DNA of 64,000 nt from an uncultured Gammaproteobacteria bacterium (GCA_963748215.1 CAVVHS010000001.1:12539-76538); one strand, 5' to 3'. Shown: positions 41,636-53,548, counted from the first letter of the stretch. Notes: generated by a model not told the origin, from the letters alone. Numbers and translations: made by a program.

Positions 41636-43288
41636 TCAGCGGCCTGCCGGCGTAAAATGGAACTGCCCGAAACAACCGGTATTCTCCAGTTGCCGTGTGA
41701 GAATAATATTCTCCCGGCGACCGTTCCGTTCCAGGATGCAGTTGCAGCCCGGGCGAAACGGCAATGACGGCAGCAACAGGGATGCCTGTTGTCCCAGTGC
41801 CTCGATCCCGGGCAGCAGGATGCCCTGCATGCGCTTGTCTGCACGCGGGTCAAGGTGGTAATCGTCGTTGCAGGCAAAGGCCCAGATTGCCTCGCCGGCC
41901 GGAGCCAGCAGTTGTACGCCCAGCTCCAGACCGCGCTCGCCGGTGAATTTCAACCAGCGGATGACTCCCAGCTGCCAGTCACTCTCGGCGGGTTCTTTCT
42001 GTTGCACGATGGCTGCCAGCTCGCCGACGCGGGCGTTCGAGGCCGTAATATTGTCCCAGAGCAGGCTATAGCCACCAGCGCTCGTGTCCGTCATGTGCCA
42101 GGATTCGATATGCGAACCCTGGGTAGTGTCTGCATGGAAGGCGCCACGTAGCAGATCGTCCGCCATGTCTGCCCGGGTCGTGAAGCTTGTCGAGCTGTCG
42201 AAGGTGGGGTCGGGCAGGTAATGGTGATCCGTGATCGAGTCATCGTCCTCGTGAACCTGACCGGTGGGCCCGGCGATGAGAGCGTGTATGGCGTTGATGC
42301 CGGTGAGCAGCCTGACCGGGGAGTTGCGGTGGTGCCGCGGGAATTTGCGTTTTGGCATCGCACCCCACGCCAGCATGAGCTGCTGCAGGGTTTCGGTATT
42401 GCCGATGCCGGTGTGGTTCACGGCCGGACCATTTTCGGCGGACAGCACGTCGCGTAACTGCTCGGTGGCAGCCGAGGTGTCCAGGATACGTGTGTGCTTG
42501 TCCGTCTCCATGTTTATCGCCAGTGCACGGTAGACGGGTGGGGAATCGGATTGCAGGTTAAGCGTGAACAGTCCGTTGGTGCGGGTATCGATGGCCGGCA
42601 CCAGGCGACAGAACCGGGCCCAGTCCAGTAACGCGCTGTAGACGTAATTGATTTCTTTCTGGCGCATGCGGTACGGGCAGGCCAGGGACAGCAGCAGAAT
42701 CTGCTTGTAAATGGTTGCGATGGTGCTTTCCTCGCTGACCGGCGCGGTCGGGTCGGTGACGGGGTGCGTGGTAATGCCGTACTCCTCCGCCAGCGCATAC
42801 AGGACGTGAATGCTTTTCCAGAGACCATCCGGGTACGGGATATAGATCTGGTAATGTATCAGCAGCAGTTCGCTGAGGTAGCGCAGGGCGCGATGAATTG
42901 CGATTGCCAGCTGGTTTTCCTGGTTGAGTTTCCTGCCGAGATCGTCCGCCAGGATGCGGTAGCCGGTCGCCATTCGATTAATGATATCGAGCGCCTGCGT
43001 GGCCGCGGAACTGTCTGCTTCCTGCAGCGGCATCGGCTTGCCGAGAAAGTTTTTCTTGAGTGCATCGGTAACGCACATGACCGAGGTCGACATCAGTTCG
43101 AGCGCCATATGGCGATTGTCTGCCGGAATGTCGAGGGTGTTGATTTGATCCAGGGCATCGTTCAGCAGCTGCCGCGTACGCCCGGTATTGAGCAGTGGCA
43201 GATCGTCAACCCAGATCCTGATCGCTTCCGGGTTGGTATTGAAACTGTTACGTGCGGGTTGCTTGCGTTCCGGGAGCTGGAGTTCCAT
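41636..43288 (-). CDS. FimW-like protein with C-terminal PilZ-like region
   Basis: WVDDLPLLN N-terminus, LACPYRMRQ, RKFPR...DTSAGG (RxxxR, DxSxxG); same strand and upstream of fimX. Confidence 0.65.
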   Translation of the reverse strand: MELQLPERKQPARNSFNTNPEAIRIWVDDLPLLNTGRTRQLLNDALDQINTLDIPADNRHMALELMSTSVMCVTDALKKNFLGKPMPLQEADSSAATQALDIINRMATGYRILADDLGRKLNQENQLAIAIHRALRYLSELLLIHYQIYIPYPDGLWKSIHVLYALAEEYGITTHPVTDPTAPVSEESTIATIYKQILLLSLACPYRMRQKEINYVYSALLDWARFCRLVPAIDTRTNGLFTLNLQSDSPPVYRALAINMETDKHTRILDTSAATEQLRDVLSAENGPAVNHTGIGNTETLQQLMLAWGAMPKRKFPRHHRNSPVRLLTGINAIHALIAGPTGQVHEDDDSITDHHYLPDPTFDSSTSFTTRADMADDLLRGAFHADTTQGSHIESWHMTDTSAGGYSLLWDNITASNARVGELAAIVQQKEPAESDWQLGVIRWLKFTGERGLELGVQLLAPAGEAIWAFACNDDYHLDPRADKRMQGILLPGIEALGQQASLLLPSLPFRPGCNCILERNGRRENIILTRQLENTGCFGQFHFTPAGR

Positions 43289-43338
43289 GACCGGTCTGTC
43301 CTGCCTGTTGTTATTGCCTGCGAAAAACCGTCTGCGCA

Positions 43339-43506
43339 CTAGGAGCCTGTCGGACTTAGGGGTTCGTAGCGAGGCGAGTGGGAAAGGGAGAGCAAATGAT
43401 CACGATTTTGAGGCGCATAGTGGTCCTACGTAACGAGAAATCGGGGACATTTGGGCCGCTTTCCCGCAGCCGCAGTAGAATCATCCTAAGTCCGAGAGAC
43501 TCCTAG
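43339..43506. mobile_element. 168-bp MITE with terminal inverted repeats and flanking CTAG
   Basis: CTAGGAGCCTGTCGGACTTAGG ... CCTAAGTCCGAGAGACTCCTAG; no transposase inside. Confidence 0.85.
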
Positions 43507-43529
43507 TATATGTAATCATGCAGTGGCTG

Positions 43530-44540
<1,011 letters not shown>

Positions 44541-44579
44541 AGCCCGCGTTTTCGACTCATTCAGGATTGAACAGTATAC

Positions 44580-45149
44580 ATGGCATCCTATAGCACCAAC
44601 GAATTCAGAAGTGGCCTGAAGATCATGCTCGATGGTGATCCCTGTGCCATCATTGAAAACGAATTTGTCAAGCCAGGCAAGGGACAGGCGTTCAATCGCG
44701 TCAAGATCCGTAACCTGAAGTCCGGCCGTGTTATCGAGCGCACCTTCAAGTCCGGCGAGACGGTCGAGGCGGCTGATGTCATGGATGTTGACCTGCAGTA
44801 TCTTTATAACGACGGCGAGTTCTGGCACTTCATGGACCCGCACAGCTTCGAGCAGCAGGCGGCCGATGCCACTGCGGTGGACAATGCCAAGCTGTGGCTG
44901 AAGGAGCAGGACATGTGCCTGGTGACGTTGTGGAATGGCTCGCCGCTGGCCGTGACGCCACCGAATTTCGTTTACCTGGCCGTGACGGACACCGATCCGG
45001 GCGTGCGCGGCGATACCTCAGGCGGCGGTGGCAAGCCGGCCACGCTGGAAACCGGTGCGGTGGTGCGCGTGCCTCTGTTCATCGAGGTGGGTGAGACGCT
45101 GAAGATCGACACCCGCACCGGTGAATATGTCGCCCGCGCCAAGGAATAG
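44580..45149 (+). CDS. efp: Elongation factor P
   Basis: [23 protein letters not shown]. Confidence 0.98.
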   Translation: MASYSTNEFRSGLKIMLDGDPCAIIENEFVKPGKGQAFNRVKIRNLKSGRVIERTFKSGETVEAADVMDVDLQYLYNDGEFWHFMDPHSFEQQAADATAVDNAKLWLKEQDMCLVTLWNGSPLAVTPPNFVYLAVTDTDPGVRGDTSGGGGKPATLETGAVVRVPLFIEVGETLKIDTRTGEYVARAKE

Positions 45150-45176
45150 TTCCGGGCCGGCACCCTGACCACGACC

Positions 45177-46166
45177 GTGCAAACGCAACCGGACTGGCGA
45201 CCGACGGCATCGCTTGATGCCCTGAAACTCAGGGCCACGCTGCTGTCCCGCGTGCGTGCCTGGTTCGAGCGCGAAGGCGTACTGGAAGTCGATACTCCCG
45301 CGTTGTCCTGTGCCGCCACCACGTCACCGCACCTGGCCAGCTTTGCCTGCCGCTATTACGGGCCCGGCGTGCGCCAGGGTACAAGGCTGTACCTGCATAC
45401 CTCGCCGGAATTTCCCATGAAGCGCCTGCTGGCCGCCGGCAGCGAATCGATCTATCAGATCTGCAAGGTTTTCCGCGACGGCGAATACGGGCCGCATCAC
45501 AACCCCGAATTCACACTCCTGGAATGGTACCGGACCCGCTACGACCACCTCGACCTGATGAACGAGGTCGAGGGGCTGCTAACCGAGATCCTCGATGGCA
45601 TATTCCGCATCAAGGCCGTCTATCACTGGCGTTACCGCGATCTTTTCCTGGAATTTGTCCAGGTCGATCCGTTCAATACCACGCCGGAGGCCTTGCAGGC
45701 CGTGCTCGAATCCCGGCATATCGTGGCACCGGTCGGTATGCAGGAGGCAGACCTGGACAGCTGGCTGGACCTGGTCATGACCCATCTTATCGAACCGCGT
45801 CTCGGCGCCGGGCTGGTATTCGTCCGTGACTACCCGGTGACCCAGGCCGCGCTCGCGCAGCTGCGCCCGGGCAATCCGCCGGTGGCATCGCGTTTCGAGG
45901 TTTACCTGAACGGCATCGAACTGGCCAACGGTTTCCACGAACTGACGAATGTCCATGAGCAGCGCATGCGTTTCGATTACGAAAACAGGATGCGCGAGCA
46001 CTATGGCTTGCCAGCCATGCCGGTGGACGAGCGTCTGCAGGCCGCGCTGGCGGCCGGACTGCCTGACTGCGCCGGAGTCGCACTGGGTTTCGACCGGCTG
46101 CTGATGATCGTGTCGGGCGCCGAGTGTCTGGCGGACGTCATGAGCTTTGATTTCGAATCCACATGA
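45177..46166 (+). CDS. epmA: EF-P lysine-34 beta-lysine ligase
   Basis: LHTSPEFPMKRLLA, HNPEFTLLEWY, ELANGFHEL, GVALGFDRL. Confidence 0.96.
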   Translation: MQTQPDWRPTASLDALKLRATLLSRVRAWFEREGVLEVDTPALSCAATTSPHLASFACRYYGPGVRQGTRLYLHTSPEFPMKRLLAAGSESIYQICKVFRDGEYGPHHNPEFTLLEWYRTRYDHLDLMNEVEGLLTEILDGIFRIKAVYHWRYRDLFLEFVQVDPFNTTPEALQAVLESRHIVAPVGMQEADLDSWLDLVMTHLIEPRLGAGLVFVRDYPVTQAALAQLRPGNPPVASRFEVYLNGIELANGFHELTNVHEQRMRFDYENRMREHYGLPAMPVDERLQAALAAGLPDCAGVALGFDRLLMIVSGAECLADVMSFDFEST

Positions 46167-46217
46167 TCGGGCCGCGCAGGGCTTGTATCCTGTCACCATT
46201 TTTCTGAGACTTGTTGC

Positions 46218-47333
46218 ATGCCTGAACCGGATGTCAGTGCAGCCGCCGTCAGTATCACTGAAGACGCGCTGATCTGCAGCGGCCGCTGGACCGTCGGCAG
46301 CATCGCCGCGCTGCGTTTGAGCATGGACGGCATGGCAGTGCCGGCCGGTGAAACGGTGTCCGTCGATGGTGCCGCGGTCACCGCGCTCGATTCCGCCGGG
46401 GCCTGGATGCTGCTGCAGCTCGGCAAGCGTATCGAGGCCGCGGGCGGGCAGATGACGCTGCAGTCGTTTCGCCCTTCCTGGTTGCGGCTGGTGGAGTTCA
46501 TCGCGGCTGAGGCGCAGGATGCCGAGCGCGTCCTTGCACCGCGCCGGAAAACGCCCCTGACCGAGCGGGTCGCGGGTATCGGAGGTGACCTGACCGGGTT
46601 CCTGGCCTTCATCGGCGAATCCGTCCTCTCGCTGCTGGGCGCTGTGCGCCACCCGGGGCGTGTGCGCTGGCAGGAGCTGCTCGACGACATGTGGCAGACC
46701 GGCGTCAATGCCCTGCCGATCGTCGGCCTGCTGTCGTTCCTGATGGGGGTGGTGATTGCCTACCAGGGTGCGGTGCAGCTGAAGCTGTACGGTGCGAATA
46801 TCTACATCGCCGACCTGGTTGGCTACTCGATGTTGCGCGAGCTCGCACCGCTGTTGACCGCGATTCTCATCTGCGGGCGTACCGGGTCGGCCTATGCCGC
46901 GAAGATCGGCACCATGCAGGTGCGCGAGGAGGTTGCAGCACTGCAGACCATCGGTATCCCGCCAGTCGACCTGCTGGTGCTGCCCAAACTGCTGTCGCTG
47001 TTCGTCGTGTTGCCCCTGCTTACCATCTATGCCGATGTGCTGGCCGTGTTCGGTGGTATGTTCATGGCCAATGCCCAGCTCGGTATCGGTTACCACGCTT
47101 TTATTGCACGTCTCGAGGAAGCCATCACCTACTCGACCTTCATGATCGGCGTCGGCAAGGCGCCGGTGTTTGCCGCAATCATTGCCATCGTCGGCTGCTA
47201 TCAGGGCTTCAAGGTGGAAGGCAGTGCGGAGAGTGTTGGCCGTCATACCACCATCAGCGTGGTGCAGTCGATCTTTCTGGTGATTATCGTGGATGCCATG
47301 TTCTCCGTGCTGTTCAGCATGATGGGTGTGTGA
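46218..47333 (+). CDS. MlaE-family ABC permease with N-terminal STAS domain
   Basis: LDSAGA STAS motif, RELAPLLTAILICGRTGSA, SVGRHTTISVVQSI. Confidence 0.92.
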   Translation: MPEPDVSAAAVSITEDALICSGRWTVGSIAALRLSMDGMAVPAGETVSVDGAAVTALDSAGAWMLLQLGKRIEAAGGQMTLQSFRPSWLRLVEFIAAEAQDAERVLAPRRKTPLTERVAGIGGDLTGFLAFIGESVLSLLGAVRHPGRVRWQELLDDMWQTGVNALPIVGLLSFLMGVVIAYQGAVQLKLYGANIYIADLVGYSMLRELAPLLTAILICGRTGSAYAAKIGTMQVREEVAALQTIGIPPVDLLVLPKLLSLFVVLPLLTIYADVLAVFGGMFMANAQLGIGYHAFIARLEEAITYSTFMIGVGKAPVFAAIIAIVGCYQGFKVEGSAESVGRHTTISVVQSIFLVIIVDAMFSVLFSMMGV

Positions 47334-48160
47334 GCGTCATGCCGGGAAACCAGAACGCAGCCACTGACATGCCTGCGACCGGCGAGCGTGATGTGGTCAT
47401 CAGCATGCGCGGTGTGCGCACGGTGTTCGGTAGCCGTGTAATACATGACGGGGTCGATCTCGATGTGTATCGCGGCGAGGTGCTGGCACTGGTGGGCGGC
47501 AGCGGCAGCGGCAAGAGCACGCTGATGCGCGAGATGCTCATGCTGCACGTGCCCGATGCCGGTTCCGTCAAGCTGTTTGGCACGGAACTGGTCGGTATCG
47601 GTGATAACGACGCCAATGCCCTGCGGCGCCGGCTGGGGGTGCTGTTTCAGCAGGGCGCGCTGTTCAGCGGACTGACGGTATTGCAGAATGTCGGACTGCC
47701 ACTGCGCGAACACACGGCGCTGGATGACCGCATCATCGATTCACTGGCGCGGGTCAAGATCGCCCAGGCTGGCCTCAAGCCGGAGGCTGCCACGCTGTTT
47801 CCGAGCGAGCTTAGCGGTGGCATGATCAAGCGCGCCGCGCTGGCCAGGGCAATGGCGCTGGATCCGGAGATCCTGTTCCTGGACGAGCCCACCTCCGGTC
47901 TGGATCCGACCAGTGCCGGACTGTTCGACCAGCTGGTGCTGAAACTGAAGGACATGCTCGGCCTGACCGTGCTGATGGTGACGCACGATCTCGATTCGCT
48001 GTGGGATGTCTCCGACCGGGTGGCGGTGCTGGGTGATGGTAAACTGCAGGGTGTCGATTCCATGCAGGCACTGTCCACGTCGACACAGCCGCATATCCGG
48101 GAGTATTTCGAGGGGCCTCGGGCCCGCAGTGCAAGGGAGCGCAAATGGGAAAACAGCTGA
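47330..48160 (+). CDS. MlaF-family ABC ATPase
   Basis: GGSGSGKS, LSGGMIKRAALARA, FLDEPT; GTGA overlap (alternative ATG 47339). Confidence 0.93.
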   Translation: MSVMPGNQNAATDMPATGERDVVISMRGVRTVFGSRVIHDGVDLDVYRGEVLALVGGSGSGKSTLMREMLMLHVPDAGSVKLFGTELVGIGDNDANALRRRLGVLFQQGALFSGLTVLQNVGLPLREHTALDDRIIDSLARVKIAQAGLKPEAATLFPSELSGGMIKRAALARAMALDPEILFLDEPTSGLDPTSAGLFDQLVLKLKDMLGLTVLMVTHDLDSLWDVSDRVAVLGDGKLQGVDSMQALSTSTQPHIREYFEGPRARSARERKWENS

Positions 48161-49068
48161 ACAACGCACTGGTCGGCGTCTTCGTCATCGTGCTGGGCCT
48201 GGCGTGGATGGGTATAACCCTGTGGCTGGCGCTGGGCGATTACACCACCCAGTACACCACCTACCGGGTCTACCTGGATGAATCGGTGTCCGGGCTGTAT
48301 CGCGATGCGCCGGTCAAGTACCGTGGTGTGGATGTCGGCAAGGTGACCGGCATCGAACTGAATCCCGCAGTACCCGACCAGGTGGAACTGACGCTGGACG
48401 TGGTGTCGACCACACCGATCCGCGAGGATACCCAGGCCGAACTGGCTGTGCAGGGTCTCACCGGCGTTGCCTTCGTCGACCTGAAGGGCGGCAGTATCGA
48501 TGCGCCGATGCTCACTGCGCAGCAAGGCCAGGAATATCCGGTCATTCGTTCGGCGCCGTCCTTTTTCGAGCGGCTGGACATGAGCGGTACCGAGCTGATG
48601 GGCAACCTGAACGTACTGATCAGCAACCTGGCGCGCCTGCTGGACACCGAGGGCAGGCAATCGCTCAGGCAGATCATCGCCAATATCAAAACGGTCACCA
48701 CCACGCTTGCGGCTCGCAATACCGAACTGGGCCAGGCGGTCGTCGACGGTGCCAGGCTGATGAAAAGCAGTGCGGCGGCGGCGGAGCGCGTCGAGCCCTT
48801 GCTGACCCAGCTGCAGGAAACGGCGAAGTCTTTCCAGAGCATGGGGGACAAGGTGGCGGCTGCGGGAGATAGTCTCAACCGCTACGTGGATAGCAGCGGC
48901 AGCGGTGTGCAGCAGTTCAGCCGGCAGACTCTGCCGGAATTGGGAGCACTGATCAGTGAACTGCGTGACCTGGCGGACTCCCTGAAAGGGGTCAGCGAAA
49001 AACTCGAGGAAGACCCACGCGCACTTCTCTATGGCAGAGAACTTGAGGTGCCGGGACCGGGAGAATAA
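48145..49068 (+). CDS. MlaD/MCE-domain protein
   Basis: SVSGL..APVKYRGVDVGKV, QGLTGVAFVDL, helical C-terminus. Confidence 0.92.
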   Translation: MGKQLNNALVGVFVIVLGLAWMGITLWLALGDYTTQYTTYRVYLDESVSGLYRDAPVKYRGVDVGKVTGIELNPAVPDQVELTLDVVSTTPIREDTQAELAVQGLTGVAFVDLKGGSIDAPMLTAQQGQEYPVIRSAPSFFERLDMSGTELMGNLNVLISNLARLLDTEGRQSLRQIIANIKTVTTTLAARNTELGQAVVDGARLMKSSAAAAERVEPLLTQLQETAKSFQSMGDKVAAAGDSLNRYVDSSGSGVQQFSRQTLPELGALISELRDLADSLKGVSEKLEEDPRALLYGRELEVPGPGE

Positions 49069-49070
49069 CC

Positions 49071-49682
49071 ATGGCTGTAATACTTGGAAGACTGCTTCGT
49101 ATTGTCTTGATCCCGTTGCTGCTGGCGGCGTGTTCCATTCTGCCCGAACCGAAGCCGACGGCACTGGATAAATACCTGCTCGAGTACATGCCGGCCACGG
49201 TGCGGGAAACCCGTGCCGATGCGCCGGTGCTGATCGTCGCCACCCCGCAGGCGAATGGCGCCTACGATACGGCGCGCATTGCCTATATGCAGCAGCAGTA
49301 CGGGCTGCGTTATTACACGCGCAGCAGCTGGGCGGATACGCCGGCACGCATGCTGGCGCCCCTGGTTGCGGAGGCACTGAATGCCAGCGGGCAGTTTCAG
49401 GCCCTGTATACCAGTCCGGGACTGCTGACGGCCGACCTGCGCCTGGATACCGAACTGCTGCGCTTCCACCAGGACTTCACGCGCCAGCCGAGCGAAATTC
49501 ACATTACCCTGCGTGCGCAGCTGGTCGATCTTCAGCAACAGCGGGTGGTCGCGACCAGGCTGTTCGATATCCGCGAGCCTGCGACATCCGAGGATACCTA
49601 CGGCGGCGTGCTGGCCGCCAACCGCGCGGTTACACGCCTGCTGGAAGAACTGACTGCATTCTGCATCGGCCTGTCCCGCTGA
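49071..49682 (+). CDS. PqiC-like ABC auxiliary lipoprotein
   Basis: LLAAC lipobox, WADTPARML. Confidence 0.88.
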   Translation: MAVILGRLLRIVLIPLLLAACSILPEPKPTALDKYLLEYMPATVRETRADAPVLIVATPQANGAYDTARIAYMQQQYGLRYYTRSSWADTPARMLAPLVAEALNASGQFQALYTSPGLLTADLRLDTELLRFHQDFTRQPSEIHITLRAQLVDLQQQRVVATRLFDIREPATSEDTYGGVLAANRAVTRLLEELTAFCIGLSR

Positions 49683-49690
49683 CCCGTGCC

Positions 49691-50420
49691 GTGATGCTGT
49701 CCGGCATTCACGTGGTGTTGAGCAATACCAGCCACCCCGGCAATATCGGGGCCACGGCGCGGGCCATGAAAACGATGGGTCTGGCCAGCCTGCGCCTGGT
49801 CAACCCCAAGCTGTTTCCGCATGCCGATGCCACCGCGCGTGCCTCCGGCGCGGACGATGTGCTGGCCGCGGCCCGGGTGTGCGCAACGCTGGAAGAGGCG
49901 ACGCAGGATTGCCGGCTGGTGATCGGAGCCAGTGCCCGTACCCGCAGCATCCCTTGCCCGGTCATCAGTCCGGACGAATGCGCGCGCCGCGCCTGTGCGG
50001 AGAGCAGGCAGGGCGGGGTGGCCATCGTGTTCGGCTGCGAGCAGTCCGGACTGAGCAATGCCGAGATCGACCGCTGCCAGTTCCTGGTACGCATACCAAC
50101 CAATCCCGACTATGGTTCGCTGAACCTGGCTGCGGCCGTGCAGATCATCGGCTACGAAATCCTGGTGGCGCATGAAAACACGCAGGATGCCACTGGCGCC
50201 GCCCGGGCATGTGCCGGTGAGCGCCGGTGAAATGGAGCGTTTCTATGTCCACCTGGAACAGGCGCTGATCGAGCTGGAATTTCTCGACCCGGCCAATCCG
50301 CGCCAGCTGATGCGGCGCCTGCGGCGGCTCTACAACCGTGCCCGGCCGGATGAAAACGAGATCAACATCCTGCGCGGTATCCTGGCGGCGGCGCAACAGG
50401 CCGGCAAACCACGCGGTTAG
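49691..50420 (+). CDS. trmJ: tRNA 2'-O-methyltransferase TrmJ (frameshift in linker ~50175-50215)
   Basis: [36 protein letters not shown]; C-domain ([20 protein letters not shown]) in the next frame. Confidence 0.9.
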
Positions 50421-50527
50421 CGTGTATATTGCCGTCCACAGATGTGGCACAGTGTCATACACCGTTCATATGTTTTACGGGTTGCCGTGTGGTGCAGCCC
50501 GCTGGCTATCTGAATCAACAAAAGACC

Positions 50528-51340
50528 ATGTTTGACAGAATCCGTGAAGATGTCCGCTGTGTGTTCGACCGTGATCCGGCGGCACGCAACACCTTCGAAA
50601 TACTCACCACCTATCCGGGTATTCACGCGGTCCTGATGCACCGCTGGAGCCACTGGCTGTGGACGCACGGACTGAAATGGCTGGCGCGTGTATTTTCCAA
50701 TATCGCGCGCTGGTATACAGGTATCGAGATCCATCCCGGTGCCAGCATCGGCCGGCGTTTCTTCATCGATCACGGTATGGGCGTGGTGATCGGCGAAACC
50801 ACCGAGATCGGCGATGATTGCACGCTATACCACGGTGTTACGCTGGGCGGAACCAGCTGGGACAAGGGCAAGCGCCATCCAACGCTGCGCAACAACGTCG
50901 TGATCGGTGCCGGCGCCAAGGTGCTGGGTCCGATTATCATCGAGGACGGCGTGCGCATCGGTTCCAATGCCGTGGTGCTGAAGGGTGTAGCAAAGGGCAT
51001 GACGGTCGTCGGTGTGCCTGGCCGCACGGTCAAGCCGCATGCCGAAGTGGATGAAAAACGCCAGGCCATTGCCAGGAAGATGGGCTTCGATGCCTATGGT
51101 GCTACCAGTGACATGCCTGACCCGGTGGCGACCGCGGTGAACGGCATACTCGATCACATCCATGCCATGGACCAGCGGCTGGAGGATATGTGCAAGGGGC
51201 TGAAAGACCTGGGTGCCGAGATCGGTGACATCAAGCTGCCGGACCTCGGCCCGTGTGCGCTCAAGCAAGTTGATGAAGAGGAAATCGACACGGCGTTTGA
51301 CCTGCACGAGCAGCATGACAAGCCGCCAGACGGTTCTTGA
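50528..51340 (+). CDS. cysE: Serine O-acetyltransferase
   Basis: [34 protein letters not shown]. Confidence 0.96.
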   Translation: MFDRIREDVRCVFDRDPAARNTFEILTTYPGIHAVLMHRWSHWLWTHGLKWLARVFSNIARWYTGIEIHPGASIGRRFFIDHGMGVVIGETTEIGDDCTLYHGVTLGGTSWDKGKRHPTLRNNVVIGAGAKVLGPIIIEDGVRIGSNAVVLKGVAKGMTVVGVPGRTVKPHAEVDEKRQAIARKMGFDAYGATSDMPDPVATAVNGILDHIHAMDQRLEDMCKGLKDLGAEIGDIKLPDLGPCALKQVDEEEIDTAFDLHEQHDKPPDGS

Positions 51341-51398
51341 CGTGGCGCAGGTCTTGTGACACTTTCGATCGTGATGGCGCCAGTCGGACAACCGCATC

Positions 51399-51899
51399 AT
51401 GAAACTGACCAGTAAGGGCCGCTACGCGGTAACCGCGATTCTCGATCTCGCTTTCCACGAACAGTCAGGCCCGGTCAGCCTGTCGCACATATCCCGGCGC
51501 CAGGCGATCTCGCTGTCCTACCTGGAGCAGTTGTTCACCCGTCTGCGCAAGCACGAACTTGTAAAAAGTACCCGCGGACCGGGTGGCGGCTATTCGCTGA
51601 ACCGGCCGGCACAGGCGATTGCAGTGGCTGAAGTGATCGCCGCGGTCGACGAAATGATCGATAGCACGCGCTGCAGTGGTGCGGGAAACTGCCATGACGG
51701 GCAGCAATGCCTGACGCATGATCTGTGGGATGACCTGAGCGAGCAGATCCATGCCTTCCTCTGCGAGATCAGTCTGCAGGACTTGCTCGACGAGGATGCA
51801 ATCCGGGACGTGGCCGTGCGCCAGGATCTGCTTACGCAGCTGGACCTGACGCCGCCAGCGCCGGATACGCAAGCCGACGCCCGCATTAAACAGGACTGA
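51399..51899 (+). CDS. iscR: Fe-S cluster regulator IscR
   Basis: [29 protein letters not shown]...C...CLTHDLW. Confidence 0.92.
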   Translation: MKLTSKGRYAVTAILDLAFHEQSGPVSLSHISRRQAISLSYLEQLFTRLRKHELVKSTRGPGGGYSLNRPAQAIAVAEVIAAVDEMIDSTRCSGAGNCHDGQQCLTHDLWDDLSEQIHAFLCEISLQDLLDEDAIRDVAVRQDLLTQLDLTPPAPDTQADARIKQD

Positions 51900-52088
51900 G
51901 CCGACTGGCCGGTATCGGCCTGCCGATCGACGCTGGTCTTCCGTCCGTCTCCTTGCTCCCGCGGATTCTTCCCGCTTTCTTCCGGAAATGCGATCTGGCT
52001 CACATCCAGTTCTGCCGTGCATCACGGATGTTTGGGCATGCCAGCCGATAAGATATCCGTCAGTGAGATGCATGTTGCAGGAGTTGTC

Positions 52089-52244
52089 ATGAACAAGTTG
52101 TTTGGTGTTGCTGTAGTGGTATACCTGCTGGGCGATCCGGGATTGAGCCTGATTGAAGGCCTGAATATTTCCAAGGAATACATTGTAGCCATCGCCCTGG
52201 CACTGGTTTCGGTCCCCTGGGTAACTTCACATTTCGATAACTGA
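52089..52244 (+). CDS. Small two-helix membrane protein (51 aa), function unknown
   Basis: CAGGAG RBS, two hydrophobic segments, followed by a terminator. Confidence 0.6.
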   Translation: MNKLFGVAVVVYLLGDPGLSLIEGLNISKEYIVAIALALVSVPWVTSHFDN

Positions 52245-52293
52245 CCTCGCTATCTGACGGCCCCGACACCGTCATTTGTGAAGTTTCCCGCTG

Positions 52294-52326
52294 CCGGCCC
52301 GGGTGCAAACCCGGGCCGGTTTTTTA
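52294..52326 (+). terminator. Rho-independent terminator
   Basis: CCGGCCCGGGT-GCAA-ACCCGGGCCGG followed by a T tract. Confidence 0.85.
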
Positions 52327-52400
52327 TTTGGATCTTCCCCTGAATGAGTGGGTATCACATCAATTTAGACGAGACGCCTTCCTTCTGATGGCAAGGTTGT

Positions 52401-52693
52401 TGGCCAAATGAATTCGGCCCTACTGTAGGGACGAATTCATACGGCCGCTGGTTTTTCATCGTCATAGAATCAGACCTGTAGGGTCGAATTCATTCGGCCA
52501 GCGGTGTTTCATCCGAGCAGGCGTGCTGCGGTGATATCTGTGAACGAAGGATAACGACCACGGGTAACCGTGGTGATGCAATAGACTTGATGGTGCAGGG
52601 AATGACGCTCACCTGCGCAATGCATCACAGGACAGGGAGGCCTCCTTGTCTCCCGTGGCAATAGGCTCTTGGACGAATGAATTCGGCCCTGCA
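52401..52693. repeat. Cluster of four GTAG-type REPs (GTAGGGNCGAATTCATTCGGCC)
   Basis: Copies at ~52401 (-), 52424 (+), 52477 (+), 52670 (-). Confidence 0.85.
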
Positions 52694-52845
52694 ACGGTAA
52701 TCTACCCACTCGATTGGGTAAGAGCCTGACATGCCAGCTTCGCAGGTCGCTCACGGCCGTCGTTCCGGGCAGCCTGTCCTCTCGCGATACCTGTACATCC
52801 CTGTTTGTCGTGCTCGCAATGACGGGATATAAGTATTCCAGGGAG

Positions 52846-53466
52846 TCACCGGGATGATGACGTTCTATCCGCATCAGGGCGCTTTATCCATACCAGCAGG
52901 CGGTTGTTCACCGGCATTTCGTAATCCGCCTCCAAGTACATGCCATGGGTGCGTGCCAGTGTGCCCAGGTCCTCGAAATTCCGTATGCCGCTGCCGGGGT
53001 CACGTTCCCTGAGCCAGTCATCGAAGCGCGCATTGCTCGGACTGGTGTAGGTGTTGTGATAATTGAACGGCCCGTACAGGCAGAACACGCCATTGTGCTC
53101 GAGCAGCGTGCCGATGCCCGCGAACATGCAGCACACGTCCGGCCAGTGCATGATGTGGGTAGTATTGGCACTGAATACTCCATCGAATCTCTGCTGCGGC
53201 CAGTGACCGGCCGCGACGTCGAGTTCGAGTGGTGGCGCGAGATTTGCCAGCCTGCTGTCCGCAGTCCAGGCACGGATACTCGCGTGATTGTCCGTCAGAT
53301 CGCTGGTCTGCCAGTGCAGGTGGGGCAGGTGGCCGGCAAAGTGGACGGCGTGCTGGCCCGTGCCGCTGCCGATTTCCAGAACCCGATGCGTATCCCTGTA
53401 CGCCTCGCGCAGCACTGCGAGGATAGGTGCCTTGTTCTGTTCGCAGGCGTCCGAGAACTGTTTCAT
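52846..53466 (-). CDS. DUF938 family SAM-dependent methyltransferase
   Basis: ACEQNKAPIL, LEIGSGTGQH, WQTSD, YGPF, SNARFD, MPVNN. Confidence 0.92.
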   Translation of the reverse strand: MKQFSDACEQNKAPILAVLREAYRDTHRVLEIGSGTGQHAVHFAGHLPHLHWQTSDLTDNHASIRAWTADSRLANLAPPLELDVAAGHWPQQRFDGVFSANTTHIMHWPDVCCMFAGIGTLLEHNGVFCLYGPFNYHNTYTSPSNARFDDWLRERDPGSGIRNFEDLGTLARTHGMYLEADYEMPVNNRLLVWIKRPDADRTSSSR

Positions 53467-53548
53467 GTGCGTGTTCCAAAAGAAGCTGAACCATAACGCA
53501 CGTCCGGTCCGGCCTCGCCGGAGGCCGGACCGGTTCGCACACGAGCCG

